Positions 51,477 to 63,627 of a stretch of DNA of 64,000 nucleotides are shown here, in pieces. Position numbers and translations under genes: made by a program. The DNA is from Eledone cirrhosa. Its lineage: Eukaryota. The first letter of the stretch is position 1. Each line of letters begins with the position of its first letter. The stretch spans positions 33,480,001-33,544,000 of the forward strand of contig OZ024740.1 in the NCBI GenBank assembly GCA_964016885.1, read 5' to 3'. Under the pieces are notes generated by a model, which was given only the letters and a program-made list of their open reading frames with translations, searched no databases and was not told where the DNA came from.

Positions 51477-52812
51477 CTAGGTTTAAATATAATACCAGAA
51501 GATTCTAAGTTAGACTGAGAGTTATAAATAGTCACATTAAAATAAATTGTTAAATTATAACTGATATCTGTTGCAATCAGTAAATTGTATAGGATGTGTC
51601 ACATCTAAAAAGGGAATAGATTTATTTGACTGAGAAGTCTGAAGAAGATGCATTACACATTCGGAGAAGAAACACTATTTTAAAAATATGGTAAATTTTA
51701 GTGCTGGTGTCACCCAGTACACTCTGTAAAGTGGTAGTGCTGGTGACACTCAGTACAGTCTGTAAAGTGCTAGTGCTGGTACTATAATAAAATGTAACCA
51801 ACCCACTCTGTAAAGTGGTAGTGCTGGTGCCATGATAAAATGTACTCAGCCCACTCTGTAAAATGGTAGTGCTAGTGTTATGATAAAATGCACCCAGCCC
51901 ACTCTATTAAAATGGCAGTGCCAAAGTCAAAATATGGTAAGTTTTAGTGCTGGTGACACCCAGTACACTCTGTAAAGTGGTAGTGCTGGTGCCATGATAA
52001 AATGTACTCAGTACACTCTATAAAGTGATAGTGCTTATGCCACAATAAAATACATCCAGCCCATTCTGTAAAGTGGTAGTGCTGATGCAATGATAAAATG
52101 CACCCATTGCATGTGGTAATGATGGTGCCATGTTAAAATGCACCCAGTACATTCTGTAAAGTGTTAGTACTGGTGTAATGATAAAATGCACCCATTCCAT
52201 GTTGTAAAGTTGTTAACATTAGGAAAGGCATCAAGTCATTGAAACAATGCCAAAATGGAATGTCTGATCAAAATAAGGTCATCTGTCTTGTCTAGCCATA
52301 TCAACATGTCTAATCCAACCCAGGCCAGCATGGAAAATGGACACAAAACAGTGATGGTTATTGTTTATATTCACTGTTTATGTCTTGTAACTTAGAAGTT
52401 CGACAAAATGAAATTAATAAAATGAATATCAAACATGGAAAATTAAGTAAAGGGGTCAATATGTTTGACAAAATCCCTTCAAAGTGGTGTCCTAGTAAGG
52501 CCACAGTCTAATAACTGTGAATTTCAACACTGAGTCAATGATAGTTACATGTGTGAAACTAGACACAAAATAATGGTTTATAATGAAGATAGAAAGAAAA
52601 TATGGTGAGAGGTTGAAGAAAGTAAATATTTAAATAAATTTCATAAAAATTAACAAAACAAATCATTATATTTTATATCTTTAAAATTATTACCTAGTTA
52701 TATCATTAGCTAGTTATATTATTACCTAGTTATGTTATTACCTAGTTATATCATTACCTAGTTATATCATTACCTAGTTATATCATTACCTAGTTATATT
52801 ATTACCTAGTTA

Positions 52813-55050
52813 TAATTGGGAGAAAGACAGTCTCCCCCACATCGACCCAATAGAGGGACCAGCAGTGTTAGTCGACGGTAGTATAATAAGTAAGGCGATC
52901 AAAGATATGAAGACGGGCAAGGCGGCCGGGCCTTCGGAAATAGTTGCCGAAATGCTGAAAGCATCTGGAACGGTGGGACACACTATGGTCACCCGGATAG
53001 TAAACCAAGTCATACAGAATGGGGTCATTCCGAAGGACTGGCGCAGCAGCATCATCATTAACTGCTACAAGGGTAAAGGTGATGCCCTAGATAGGGGAAA
53101 CTATAGAGGCATTAAATTAATTGACCAGGTCATGAAGGTCACAGAAAAAGTAATAGCGCAACTAATCAGAGAGCGAATTGATCTAGACGAAATGCAGTTC
53201 GGGTTTGTGTCAGGTAAAAGTACAACAGACGCTCTTTTCATTGTACGACAACTACAGGAGAAGTACCTAGCTAAAAGTAAACCCCTATACTTAGCTTTTG
53301 TTGACTTTGAGAAAGCCTTTGACAGAGTACCCCGCTCGATTATCTGGTGGGCCCTTAGAAAACTAGGTGTTGATGAATGGTTTGTGAGAGCTATACAAGC
53401 CATGTATAAAGAAACAGTCAGCAAGGTTAGAATTAACAACGAATATAGTGAAGAGTTTAGCGTAAAAGTTGGTGTTCATCAGGGCTCCGTCCTTAGCCCC
53501 CTACTATTTATTATTGCCCTTCAGGCTATAATAGAGGAGTTCAAGACCGGCTGCCCATGGGAACTCCTATATGCAGATGATCTAACGCTCATAGCTAAAT
53601 CAATGGCTGAACTAGAGAAGAAATTCCAAACATGGAAGCATGGCCTAGAATCAAAAGGCCTTAAAGTTAACTTGTCTAAGACTAAAGTTCTAGTTTGTAG
53701 GAAGGAAAATAGGGCACCGGTCCCATCTGGGAAATGGCCATGCTCAGTGTGTAGGAAATGAGTAGGCAGAAACTCCATTTTATGTCCCAAATGCAAAGTA
53801 TGGGTACATAAAAGATGTAGTGGGATCACAGGTAAGCTAACTAAGAATATAGATTTTATATGTGGCCGGTGCTCTGGTGCAATAAGTAGTAAAAGTGCCC
53901 ACGGAATACTAACTCATTCCATTTAACAGATGCTTCTATAGAAAGACTTGACACCGTTCCATTACTGGGGTGACAAAATCAGCAGTGGTGGAGGGTGCTC
54001 TGAAAGTACAGTAGCTAGAGTCAGAACGGGATGGAAAGAGTTCAGAGAGCTTATACCACTATTGGCCGCTAAAGGCTTCTCTCTAAAAATGAAAAGCAGG
54101 CTGTATGATGCCTGCATACGAACAGCAATGTTACATGGCAGTGAGACCTGGGAATTGTGTGCAGAGGATATACGCAGACTAGAGAGGAACGAAGCTTGCA
54201 TGCTCCGCTGGATGTGTAATAGTAATATACGTGAACGGCAAAGCATAAACGAACTAAGGGAGAAATTAGGAATAAGAGGGATCAGATGTTGCTTACTCGA
54301 GAGAAGACTACGTTGGTACGGTCACGTGATGCGCATGAAAAACGACAGCTGTATAAAAAAGTGCAGGGCGATAAAAATAGACGGTAGCCACGGAGTAGGC
54401 AGACCCAGAAAAACCTGGGACGACTTGATAAATTCCGACCTCACACACTTACACCTCTCCAAGACAATGTCACTGGACTGAGAGCTTTGGCGCTACACAG
54501 TTATACAGAAGACCCGCCTTGCCTAAGTACAAAGCGAAACCTACAGTCAGTAGGCACCTCTAACGAAATACACCCCGTCCCACTACCCCAACCCCATCCA
54601 CCCCACCCCTTAAATGTGAAGTTATGTTGGTACCACAACATCCAGTCCGAAACAAATGAGGTCGTGTAGGTGTCACGACAAAAAAAAAACACACAGTCCA
54701 CCCTGTAATGTGGCCGTGTAGGTAATACGGTAAAAACCTCCCAGTACACACTGTAAATGTGGTTGGTGTTGGGAAGGGCATCCAGCCGTAGAAAATCTGC
54801 CAGACGTGTAGGTGTCACGACAAAAAAACACAGTCCACGCTGTAATGTGGCCGTGTAGGTAACACGGTAAAAACCTCCCAGTCCACACTGTAAACGTGGT
54901 TGGTGTTAGGAAGGGCATCCAGCCGTAGAAAACCCGCCAGACAGTCCTATGCGAGCAGGACAACCAATCTTGCCTCAGGTGAGAAAACTCCCGTCCAAAC
55001 CCATGCAAGCGTGGAAGATGGACGTTAAACGATGATGATGATGATGATGA
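52813..55050 (+). mobile_element. RTE LINE family A, 5'-truncated, inserted in a minisatellite
   Basis: ORFs 52865-53761 and 53948-54481; about 140-bp tandem duplication in 3' UTR (54664-54943); (GAT)n tail. Confidence 0.95.
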
Positions 55051-55522
55051 TTATTATTACCTAGTTATGTTATTACCTAGTTATATTATTACTTAGTTAT
55101 GTTATCACCAAGTTATATCATTAGCTAGTTATGTTATTACCTAGTAATGTTATTACCTAGTTATATCATTACCAAGTTATATCATTACCTAGTTATATCA
55201 TTACCTAGTTATATCATTATCTAGTTATATCATTACCAAGTTATATCATTACCAAGTTATATCATTACCAAGTTATATTATTACCTAGTTATGTTATTAC
55301 CAAGTTATATCATTAGCTAGTTATGTTATTACCTAGTTATGTTATTACCTAGTTATATCATTACCTAGTTATGTTATTACCTAGTTATATCTTTACCAAG
55401 TTATATTATTACCTAGTTAAATCATTACTACCTAGTTATATCATTAACAAAGTTATATTATTACCTAGTTATATCTTTACCAAGTTATATTATTACCTAG
55501 TTATATCATTACCTAGTTATAT
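55051..55522. repeat. 16-bp minisatellite (TTACCTAGTTATATCA), other part at 52688-52812
   Basis: Direct reading. Confidence 0.95.
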
Positions 55523-55600
55523 TTTTTCTTGAATTGTTCAAGCTTCACTCAGTTTTAAAAGCAAAATATAGACAAAAATGTGATAATATATTTCATTTAC

Positions 55601-55683
55601 CTGTGTAAAATTTGCCTGCAATCCTGTAGACAAGGATGGCTCATATATCTACACAAATAATGGATCTGCCTCGTTAACTGCAT
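55601..55683 (-). CDS. COQ10: COQ10, probable first coding exon (exon 55726-55601, ATG at 55683)
   Basis: ttttctag acceptor and gtaaat donor; MQLTRQIHYLCRYMSHPCLQDCRQILHR, plausible mitochondrial presequence; phase 2 fits next exon; not conserved, so the start is uncertain. Confidence 0.5.
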
Positions 55684-56701
55684 ATTTGTATCATTCTGGT
55701 CAATGTATATCCTATATATAGCATGGCTAGAAAATCAAAAATCCCCCAAAAAAAACAATTAAAAAATCTTGAAAAACATTATTAAAAAAATACATAATGA
55801 GAGTTAGCTGAAAAGTTCAGGTTGACCAAGATACTCTCATAGAATAACCAAATGAGGTTTATTTTTCAACATAGTCCCTGGAAAGAAACAATGCAGTTAT
55901 TAATAGAAAAAGTTGAAATTAATGTATCACTCCTTCATAGTCAATCTATGAACTTTTCAGCCAACCCTTGTATTATAAAAACTTTACTATAAAATAATAA
56001 TAATAATAAACATTATTATAAAAGATATTATTATAAAAAATATTATTTTATAATTAATAATTTGATGATATCTAAAAATTATGGATCACTTTTCAAAAAA
56101 ATTTACTTTTGGTTAGTTTGATCCTCGGGCAAGTGGAAATAGAATTAATTAAGCATTTTAAGTGGAAATTTAAGGAATTCTTGGCTTTACTGATGAGAAA
56201 TTCCGCATGCATGTGTGTGTACATGTGTATAACATATAATGTGTGTGTCTGTGTATTAAATATATGATTAAGTTCAAAACACTGAAGACAATATTTATAG
56301 CAGCTGGACAAAAATAATATAAAAATTTGGGTTTAGTATTAAAGGTAACGGAAGTATATTAAAGAAAACAACGTTTCTGTTGAGTTTTATAATTATTGAC
56401 GTAATCAAGGTGGTGGTCACCATATAGTACCAGGTCTTCATTTGATAATAACCTATTGTGTAAGACCTCCTTGACTTTTGATCTGATTCTTGATCTGCTA
56501 AATAATAAATTTCATCTGGACAGGCTCATGATGATTTGGGAAGTCAAGATGAAAAGTCAAGTTTTAACACAGATTGTTAGTAAATTAATATAGTCCAGCA
56601 ACAGAAGCATGAATTATGATGTTGGTTGTGTATTTCTGGGATTTGTAACCACAGATAAGTGATGCTAAAATTGTAAAAGTCTAAAAGTCTTCATAAATGA
56701 T

Positions 56702-56880
56702 ATGGAGACATTCAAAGAAGTTGATTCTAACTGTAGTAAGACTCTGATTAGCAACAATGAGTTCAAGAAACTGAATTGTGGCAGTAAATTTTGTCCAATC
56801 AATGCCAAGTTCACACTTTATGGCACAAAACAACTGCTCCTAATAAGCACCGTGCAACTCCACACCATGTCAGCTCAGCT
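56702..56880 (+). mobile_element. Possible LTR-retrotransposon aspartic protease remnant
   Basis: FKEVDSNCSKTLISNNEFKKL...PINAKFTLYGT resembles F-x-VDSG-x-S-x-TLIS...F-x-KL; catalytic Gly lost. Confidence 0.4.
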
Positions 56881-57223
56881 GAAAGCCTATTTAATCACAC
56901 AATATCAACTAAGATGCCTAAACTCAAAACAACATCAACAGGAGCAATGCACAATCAGATCATCAAATGTGATTTAGCAGCAAAATAGAAAGCCAAAAAT
57001 TCGTTTGAGAAACGAAACCACGCCACTGAACATCAGATGCATATTGGCAACCAAGTGTTCATAAGACAGAGATAGTCAATGACCAACCCTCCCTTTGACC
57101 TTCTACTGTTCACAGTAACTGAAATCAAGGTCACAATGATTACAGGGTAACTGGACAATCACAAACTCACCCTTGATGCATCCTAGTGGAAACTCCTCCC
57201 AGAGACTAACACATGTGGATTAA

Positions 57224-57393
57224 CCCTTTAGCATTTAAACCGGCCATATCTGACCAGAATTCTCTCACCTCTTTCTGTTCAAACTGGCCATTCATAAATA
57301 ATATCAAAATCTCATTGATTCGATATTATGTGAGGTAAAGCCTTTACCACAAAAATACAATAGTAAATATAAAGTAATGTGAATGATAAAGGA
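57224..57393. mobile_element. piggyBac-type MITE (internally deleted)
   Basis: TTAA-CCCTTTAGCATTTA...ATGATAAAGGA-TTAA. Confidence 0.75.
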
Positions 57394-58146
57394 TTAAAGA
57401 GGGAGAGGCAGAGGAGTATAGTGGAAATAATGATAAAAAGGATTTGGGCCTGCCAATCACAAACCATCTACAGGAAGCAGAAACACAACCTGTTAATGCA
57501 TTAGCAGATGTCAATCAGCAAGTGGTACCTGAAGTTCAATGCAGGGTGACCTCCCCCTTACCTATGTTCAGAACTGAGATAGATAGAGGTGTGATGATTC
57601 TGACTTACGTTTCAATTGTTTTTTTAAATAGTTGATATGCTTTTTTTAAACTTTTAATATGCTGAATTTTTAATTTACTTCAAGAAATTTATTTAATATA
57701 CAAAATCTAACAATGTCACGAGAGGCCATTGACATTACATAAAAATAATTGAGCAGTATCTAATAAAAACAAAACACACTACTAAAGCAAACAGAAAAGA
57801 AAGAAGAAAAAGAAAATGTAAAGAAAAAGAAAGAAGGATCAAGTGGCAAAAGAGAGAGGGGGAGCGGTAGTCACTCCACCCCAGTATGAGCAGTGCCTCA
57901 GCTGCGCCCCATGGACAAAAGCGTTATTGCGTTGATATGTTGTGTATATATTCTGGTGCCCCTTTGATGTATGAATTATATTTATTTAATAACAATCTAT
58001 TGTGTTAGAACTCCTTGGCTTCTGATTTGATTCATCATCGTCATCATCATTTTACGTCCATTGTTTCATGCTTGTAAGAGTTGGAAGGGTCCTTCTCAAA
58101 ACAGCATCTCGCCACTTGTCGTGTTCCTTTGTTATCTCCCCTTTAA

Positions 58147-58366
58147 CCCTTTAGCATTTACATTATTTTATATTTACTATTGTATTTTTGTGATAAAGGC
58201 TTTATCTAACATAATTATCCCACATAGTATCGAATCCATGAGAGTTTGGTATTATTTATTTTGAGAACAATACCTTAAAAAATGATGAACAGTTGGTTAC
58301 GGCCGGTTTGAACAGAAAGAGGTGAGAAAATTCTGGCCTGATACAGCCAGTTTAAATGCTAAAGGG
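58147..58366. mobile_element. piggyBac-type MITE
   Basis: Perfect 14-bp TIR CCCTTTAGCATTTA, TTAA TSD; interrupts an RTE-B fragment. Confidence 0.88.
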
Positions 58367-58584
58367 TTAAGCTTTAGCGATCTGAGATCAGTTCTCACCA
58401 CTCCCATCCAGGTCTTCCTCTACTGTGGCTTCTTTCCACTAGGATTAAGACATTTCATCTGGACAAACTCAAAATCATGAATAACACTGTTAACTATCTT
58501 TTTACTCACACTAAGTTTATGATTTGTGCCTCAATCCTACAAGAGACCATTCGGATGTGCCACTTAAATGAAAAAGATGTTTAA

Positions 58585-58801
58585 CCCTTTATCATTTAAA
58601 CCAGCCATATCTGGCCAGAATTCTCTCACTTCTTTCTGTTCAAACCAGCTGTAACCAACCACTCATACTGATGTTAAGGTATTGTTCTTAAAATAAAAAA
58701 TATAAAAATCTCATAGATTCGATATTATGTGTGATGATTATGTGAGGTAAAGCCTTTTCCGTGAAAATAAAATAGTAAATATAGAGTAATATGTTAAAGG
58801 A
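58585..58801. mobile_element. piggyBac-type MITE, opposite orientation to 58147-58366
   Basis: TTAA flanks, same family. Confidence 0.8.
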
Positions 58802-59122
58802 TTAAACCTCAAGTCATACCCAATGAAGCAGACCTGTGATCAAAGGTATTCCTACCATGACCACTCCACCTGTTTTAATAAGGAATAAGATCAGGTTTGT
58901 TGTGTTAATCCAGGTTATGTCTACTACCTAAAAACTTAGAAGGGTAGGAGCCTGAACTAATACCGCAAGACATCTCGTCAGACACTCTAACTCCATCAAT
59001 TCACAATCCTCTACTGATACTTATTTTTTCGACCTCAAAAGTATGAAAATCAAAGTTGCTTTCAGCGAAATTTGAACTCAGAACATACACACACACATAT
59101 TGTGTGCTTGTGTTTGTGTGTA

Positions 59123-59160
<38 letters not shown>

Positions 59161-59163
<3 letters not shown>

Positions 59164-59553
59164 TCATCATCATCACCGTTTTACATGCGTTCTTCCACGC
59201 TAGCATAGTTAGACGGGTTGTCCTGTTGTGGGCAGTGTCCGGTCGGCTGACCTTGTCTTGCTCATACAGGAACTGATTCTGGCTTGATTTCTACAGCTGG
59301 ATGCCCTTCCTAACACCAACCTCATTTACAGTGAGTGCTGGGTGCTTTTTTGCCGTGGCACCTCCACAACCACTTTGCAGTGGAATGATAGGGACCCCAG
59401 TCCCTATCATCTCATTTCTACAGCTGAGTAAACTGGAGCAATGTGAAATAAAGTGTCTTGCTCAAGGAAACAACACATCACCCGGTCTGAGAATTGAACT
59501 CACAACCTTTCGATTGCAAGCCTAATGCTCTAACCACTAAGCCATGCGCCTTC
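59161..59553 (-). mobile_element. CORE-type tRNA SINE (family A head) with a different RTE tail
   Basis: Head and CORE as 46778-47120; tail ATGCTAGCGTGGAAGAA...(GAT)n. Confidence 0.85.
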
Positions 59554-59743
59554 ATATATATATATGTATGTATATATATATATACTGTCTAACCCATGCT
59601 AGCGTGGAAAATGGACGTTAAACGAAGATGATGATATATATATGTGTGTGTATGTTAGGTAATTCCGAAGAAAAAGCAAAGGAAAAAAGAGTGCTCTATG
59701 TATAGAACAGAGCTATTTAATTAGAAAGTGAACAACACAAAAT

Positions 59744-59825
59744 ATAACTACTCCATTACCAAAGGTTTCTGGATCCCAGACAATAATAATATACGTCTGG
59801 ATTGGTCATCAGACAGAGATGTTAT
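59744..59825 (-). ncRNA. Hammerhead-like motif inside a 56-bp inverted repeat (59721-59776 / 59826-59881)
   Basis: CUCUGU-CUGAUGA-ccaau-CCAGAC-loop-GUCUGG-gaucca-GAAA-CC-UUU-GG-UA-AUGGAG; base of stem II unpaired. Confidence 0.5.
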
Positions 59826-60053
59826 GGATCCAGGAACCTTTGGTAATGGAGTAGTTATATTTTGTGCTGTTCACTTTCTAAATATATATATATAAGCAGA
59901 AGGGATATTCAATTTGTTGGTAATTCAACAAATATATATGTTTATAACTGATTCAGAGCACTCGACAGATTTTCCGGAGTATAATATTCAAGGATAACTT
60001 CAACCGTTAAGGTATGTTCCTTGGCTCTGTCAAAATTTATAAAACACACTTTA

Positions 60054-60115
60054 TATTTTATCTGATGAAAGCGTACCAAAGTTTTTGGTACTCTTGAAAT
60101 ATATGTAATAGAATA
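60054..60115 (+). ncRNA. Type I hammerhead ribozyme motif
   Basis: 8-bp stem I (UAUUUUAU/AUAGAAUA), CUGAUGA, 11/12-bp stem II, GAAA, UAUAUG, UA; predicted cleavage after 60107. Confidence 0.75.
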
Positions 60116-60787
60116 AATATGGTTTTATAAATATAGTTTCCATTTATTTAATATCATTGTATATATTTAATATCATTGTATATATATATAACGAGCAACG
60201 ATGGTTGCTGGACACTACGGCTTAATACGGGATGTTTGTTTACAAACACACCGAGCATTATAATAAATGTTCGGTGAATCCATACGTACATATATATATG
60301 TGTGCATGTATGTATATATATATACATACTACTGTACGTCTGTATACATATATGTATGTACGTGTACATACTTATATTTAAGTAACAGACGTACTAAGAG
60401 TAGGAAATGGAATTTCGTTTCATTTTTTCCGTTTATATATATATATATCTTCAATGATGCAACAGTGCTAATATTCGACTGGAATAAACAATATTTGTTT
60501 CCATAATATGAATTAATTACTTAAATAAATGTTCTTGTTTATAGATTTATCAATTTAAAGGGCAAAGAATGACTTATATTCAGTGTTGCATAATAGTGAT
60601 ATTTTCTAATTAAAAATATTGATAGAGGAAATAAGAATTTATAAAATAATATACAGACAACAAACTACTAAAAGTTTGTGCGAGTAAAACTTGTTACGTA
60701 ATGTAGGTCACAGAGTTAACTTGATCAGTAAACAGGCCCAAGTTCTAGAGCAGGCTGGATTATCCAGAAGTGATGAGACGGTCTTAC

Positions 60788-60990
60788 CCTTTGTTCCTGA
60801 GTAAGAATGTGTCTCATCTCTGAAGCCACAGTTACCGACTCTTTAGGCCGGTGAGGGTGCCTATTTCATCGCCTTAGCATCGCCATCACCCGTGCTAATG
60901 CTTGCGAGCGTATTCGCTTGACTCCAAATATTCCGTTAACCCTTGTGATGTGCGGCCGATTGTCGCACTTGGTGGTGAATTGATGGTCGT
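60788..60990 (-). promoter_or_regulatory. Possible non-coding first exon / promoter region of COQ10
   Basis: Non-repetitive, CpG-richer island with a G|GTAAG donor at 60787 on the minus strand; no frame joins the downstream exon without a stop. Confidence 0.3.
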
Positions 60991-61783
60991 TTTTATTTTT
61001 ATTTCTTCCCCCTTTTTTCTTTCTCTCGCTCTGATCGTATATTTTAATGTTATATTTGTGAGATTCCTAGCAATAGTTAATTGTATTCATTATGTGTTTT
61101 TATTTTCATTCTGAAAGAATTGTGAGCAATTTGTAATGTTATTTATATATATTTGAAATAAAAATATATAAATATGTGTTACTGAAGCAACGAAACATTT
61201 AGTAGGATTTATTTTTGGTTACAAATAGGGATTTAGGAAAACATTACAAATGACAGGTTGTTGAAAGCAGTTCAGTTAAAATATATTTTCAACAAATGTC
61301 TCAAACAAAACAGGTTTCGGGGTAGAGATTAAACTGACACTAGAAAAAAATCCATCTACTCACACTGTCATATGTATTGAACTAAATAATCATAAATAAT
61401 CGAGATTATAACTATCGCTTTCTTGATACAAATGATCCTACATGTGGAAGTTTATCTGAATGGTGTACCACACAAAAGTTACTAGAGATATACAATACTT
61501 AATTACATATTTCACATAAAATATAGAATCAAGACGAAAGACAATATTAATTCAACACCGTGTCAATCGGTCACACACAACTTTGTATAAGAAGTAAATA
61601 ATTCAACCACATAATTATAAAAATTTCCTGTCTGTACGAAATGTAATGTTTGTGTTGGTTTTCAATTTTCAGCAACCAGTTTCTGTTCAAGGCACATTGT
61701 CAATCAAGTAGAACTCCAGAATTATCTAACTTATTTTTCTGGTTACCATTGACGTTAAAAGAATTAACAAAGATTTAATTATT

Positions 61784-62440
61784 GGCATAGGTTAAGAATA
61801 ACGTCCTCGAAATTGAAAGTGGATTTTTTGACAAGTGAATGTGTTTTTGTTTTTTTTACCATGAAATTTACGATACACTCTTTGTTTATTTACAACAGGT
61901 CTCTATAGTGATATGGTGTTAATTAGTATTGCGTGTGTGATTATTTTCTCTTATATATATATGTGTGGGTGTGTATATGTGTGTATATATATGTGTGTCT
62001 GTATGTATATATATATATATGTGTTTGTATATATATATGTGTTTGTGTCATCATCGTTTAGATGTTTTTGTAATATCTTGCCAAAGTTGGCACCAACTAT
62101 AAACAAATTAAGGCCGGGTCATAAGAAGGACAGAGAATGATAAGGGATTTGGGTAAAAACATCTAAACGATGATGATGACACAAACATATATATATATAT
62201 ACAAACATATATATATACATACAGACACACATATATATACACACATATACACACCCACACATATATATATAAGAGAAAATAATCACACACGCAATACTAA
62301 TTAACACCATATCACTATAGAGATCTGTTGTAAATAAACAAAGAGTGTATCGTAAATTTCATTGTAAAAAACAAAAAAAACACATTCACTTGTCAAAAAA
62401 TCCACTTTCAATTTCGAGGACGTTATTCTTAACCTATGCC
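61784..62440. repeat. Long inverted repeat / foldback-like element (arms 61784-62069 and 62155-62440)
   Basis: About 285-bp near-perfect arms, 85-nt spacer, TTATT on both flanks. Confidence 0.92.
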
Positions 62441-63441
62441 TTATTTATTTAAGTATTTCATTAGATTACAAAATGAATTAACATGAAATTATATTTTTCA
62501 ATTGATTTTAAATTAGATAAATGCACTATGCTATATGTAGTTCTCGAACTTTTAATTTTTTAGTATCGAACGGTGAACACCCAATATCGGTTTAATAATT
62601 ACCTCTTAAAAACATATTTATAACGTTTGTTTTGGACATTACAATTTGAATGTAAAATAAATCGACATTTTATTTAAAATATCGATATCAAACAATATAA
62701 AATCAAAATTTAGATTTATTTTTCATGAGTTGCTTTACATGTCTGTCCTATCTGCAAAAGTCCTGTTAGAAAGCATCATCATTGTTATATAACTTCGGTC
62801 GCAGTGTAGTATAAGTCTCACACATGTCACAATATTATATTTAATTGAACAAAACATTTGAAACATTAATTCAAGTCCAAAATACAATATAAATATTAGA
62901 TTGGCATTGAAAGTTCAAAATGTAGTCCATAACTAAGAGAGTCCGATGTAATAAATTTTTGATCGTTCAGTAACATTTTAAAGGGAGAATGTCACAAATA
63001 GCAAACAGTTCAACATTAAACATATGTAAACTTTCAAGACTGGAAGAAAATTGATAATAATCAGAACAATGTAAACAATAAGATATAAATAGTTCAACAC
63101 TAACCTTAATAATGCATTTTTAAACGTCCTCGAAAAGTGCTTGTGTCCGCTTGACAAGTGCTTACTTAGTTACTTCCCCTTTGTAATTAACAAATAACAT
63201 TTTTTAGATAAGACTGAAATATAAAATAGTTTAGTTGTGTTTTGACCACAGAGATTTATATCATTACTTATTATATCAGCCAGCGGGGTGTCTCTTCTTA
63301 CTCATTCAACTATCTAGAAATATCAGCCAACCCTCCCACAAATCATACTTTTCTGCATATAAGAAAAATACGAGATGGTTATAGGTTAAATGTCTTTGAT
63401 CATAAATCTGCCTGATCAGAGCTTAATCAGCAACATTTCAT

Positions 63442-63627
63442 AATAATTGTTTCTACTTTTTGCACAAGACCAGCAATTAACCAGTACATTACTGGTACTT
63501 TATTTTATCGACCCCGTAAGGATGAAAGGCAAAGTTAACCTCGGCGGGATTTGAACTCAGAATGGAAAGGGCTGTAACTATGCGTCAAAGCATGGCGTCC
63601 GACCCTCTACCGATACTGCCAATCCAC
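63442..63627 (-). mobile_element. tRNA-derived SINE family B
   Basis: Reverse complement of 50783-50958. Confidence 0.85.

Noticed and set aside
51477-51606. Longer COQ10 exon using the strong-looking acceptor at 51605
   Set aside because: All three frames from that acceptor hit a stop before the conserved region
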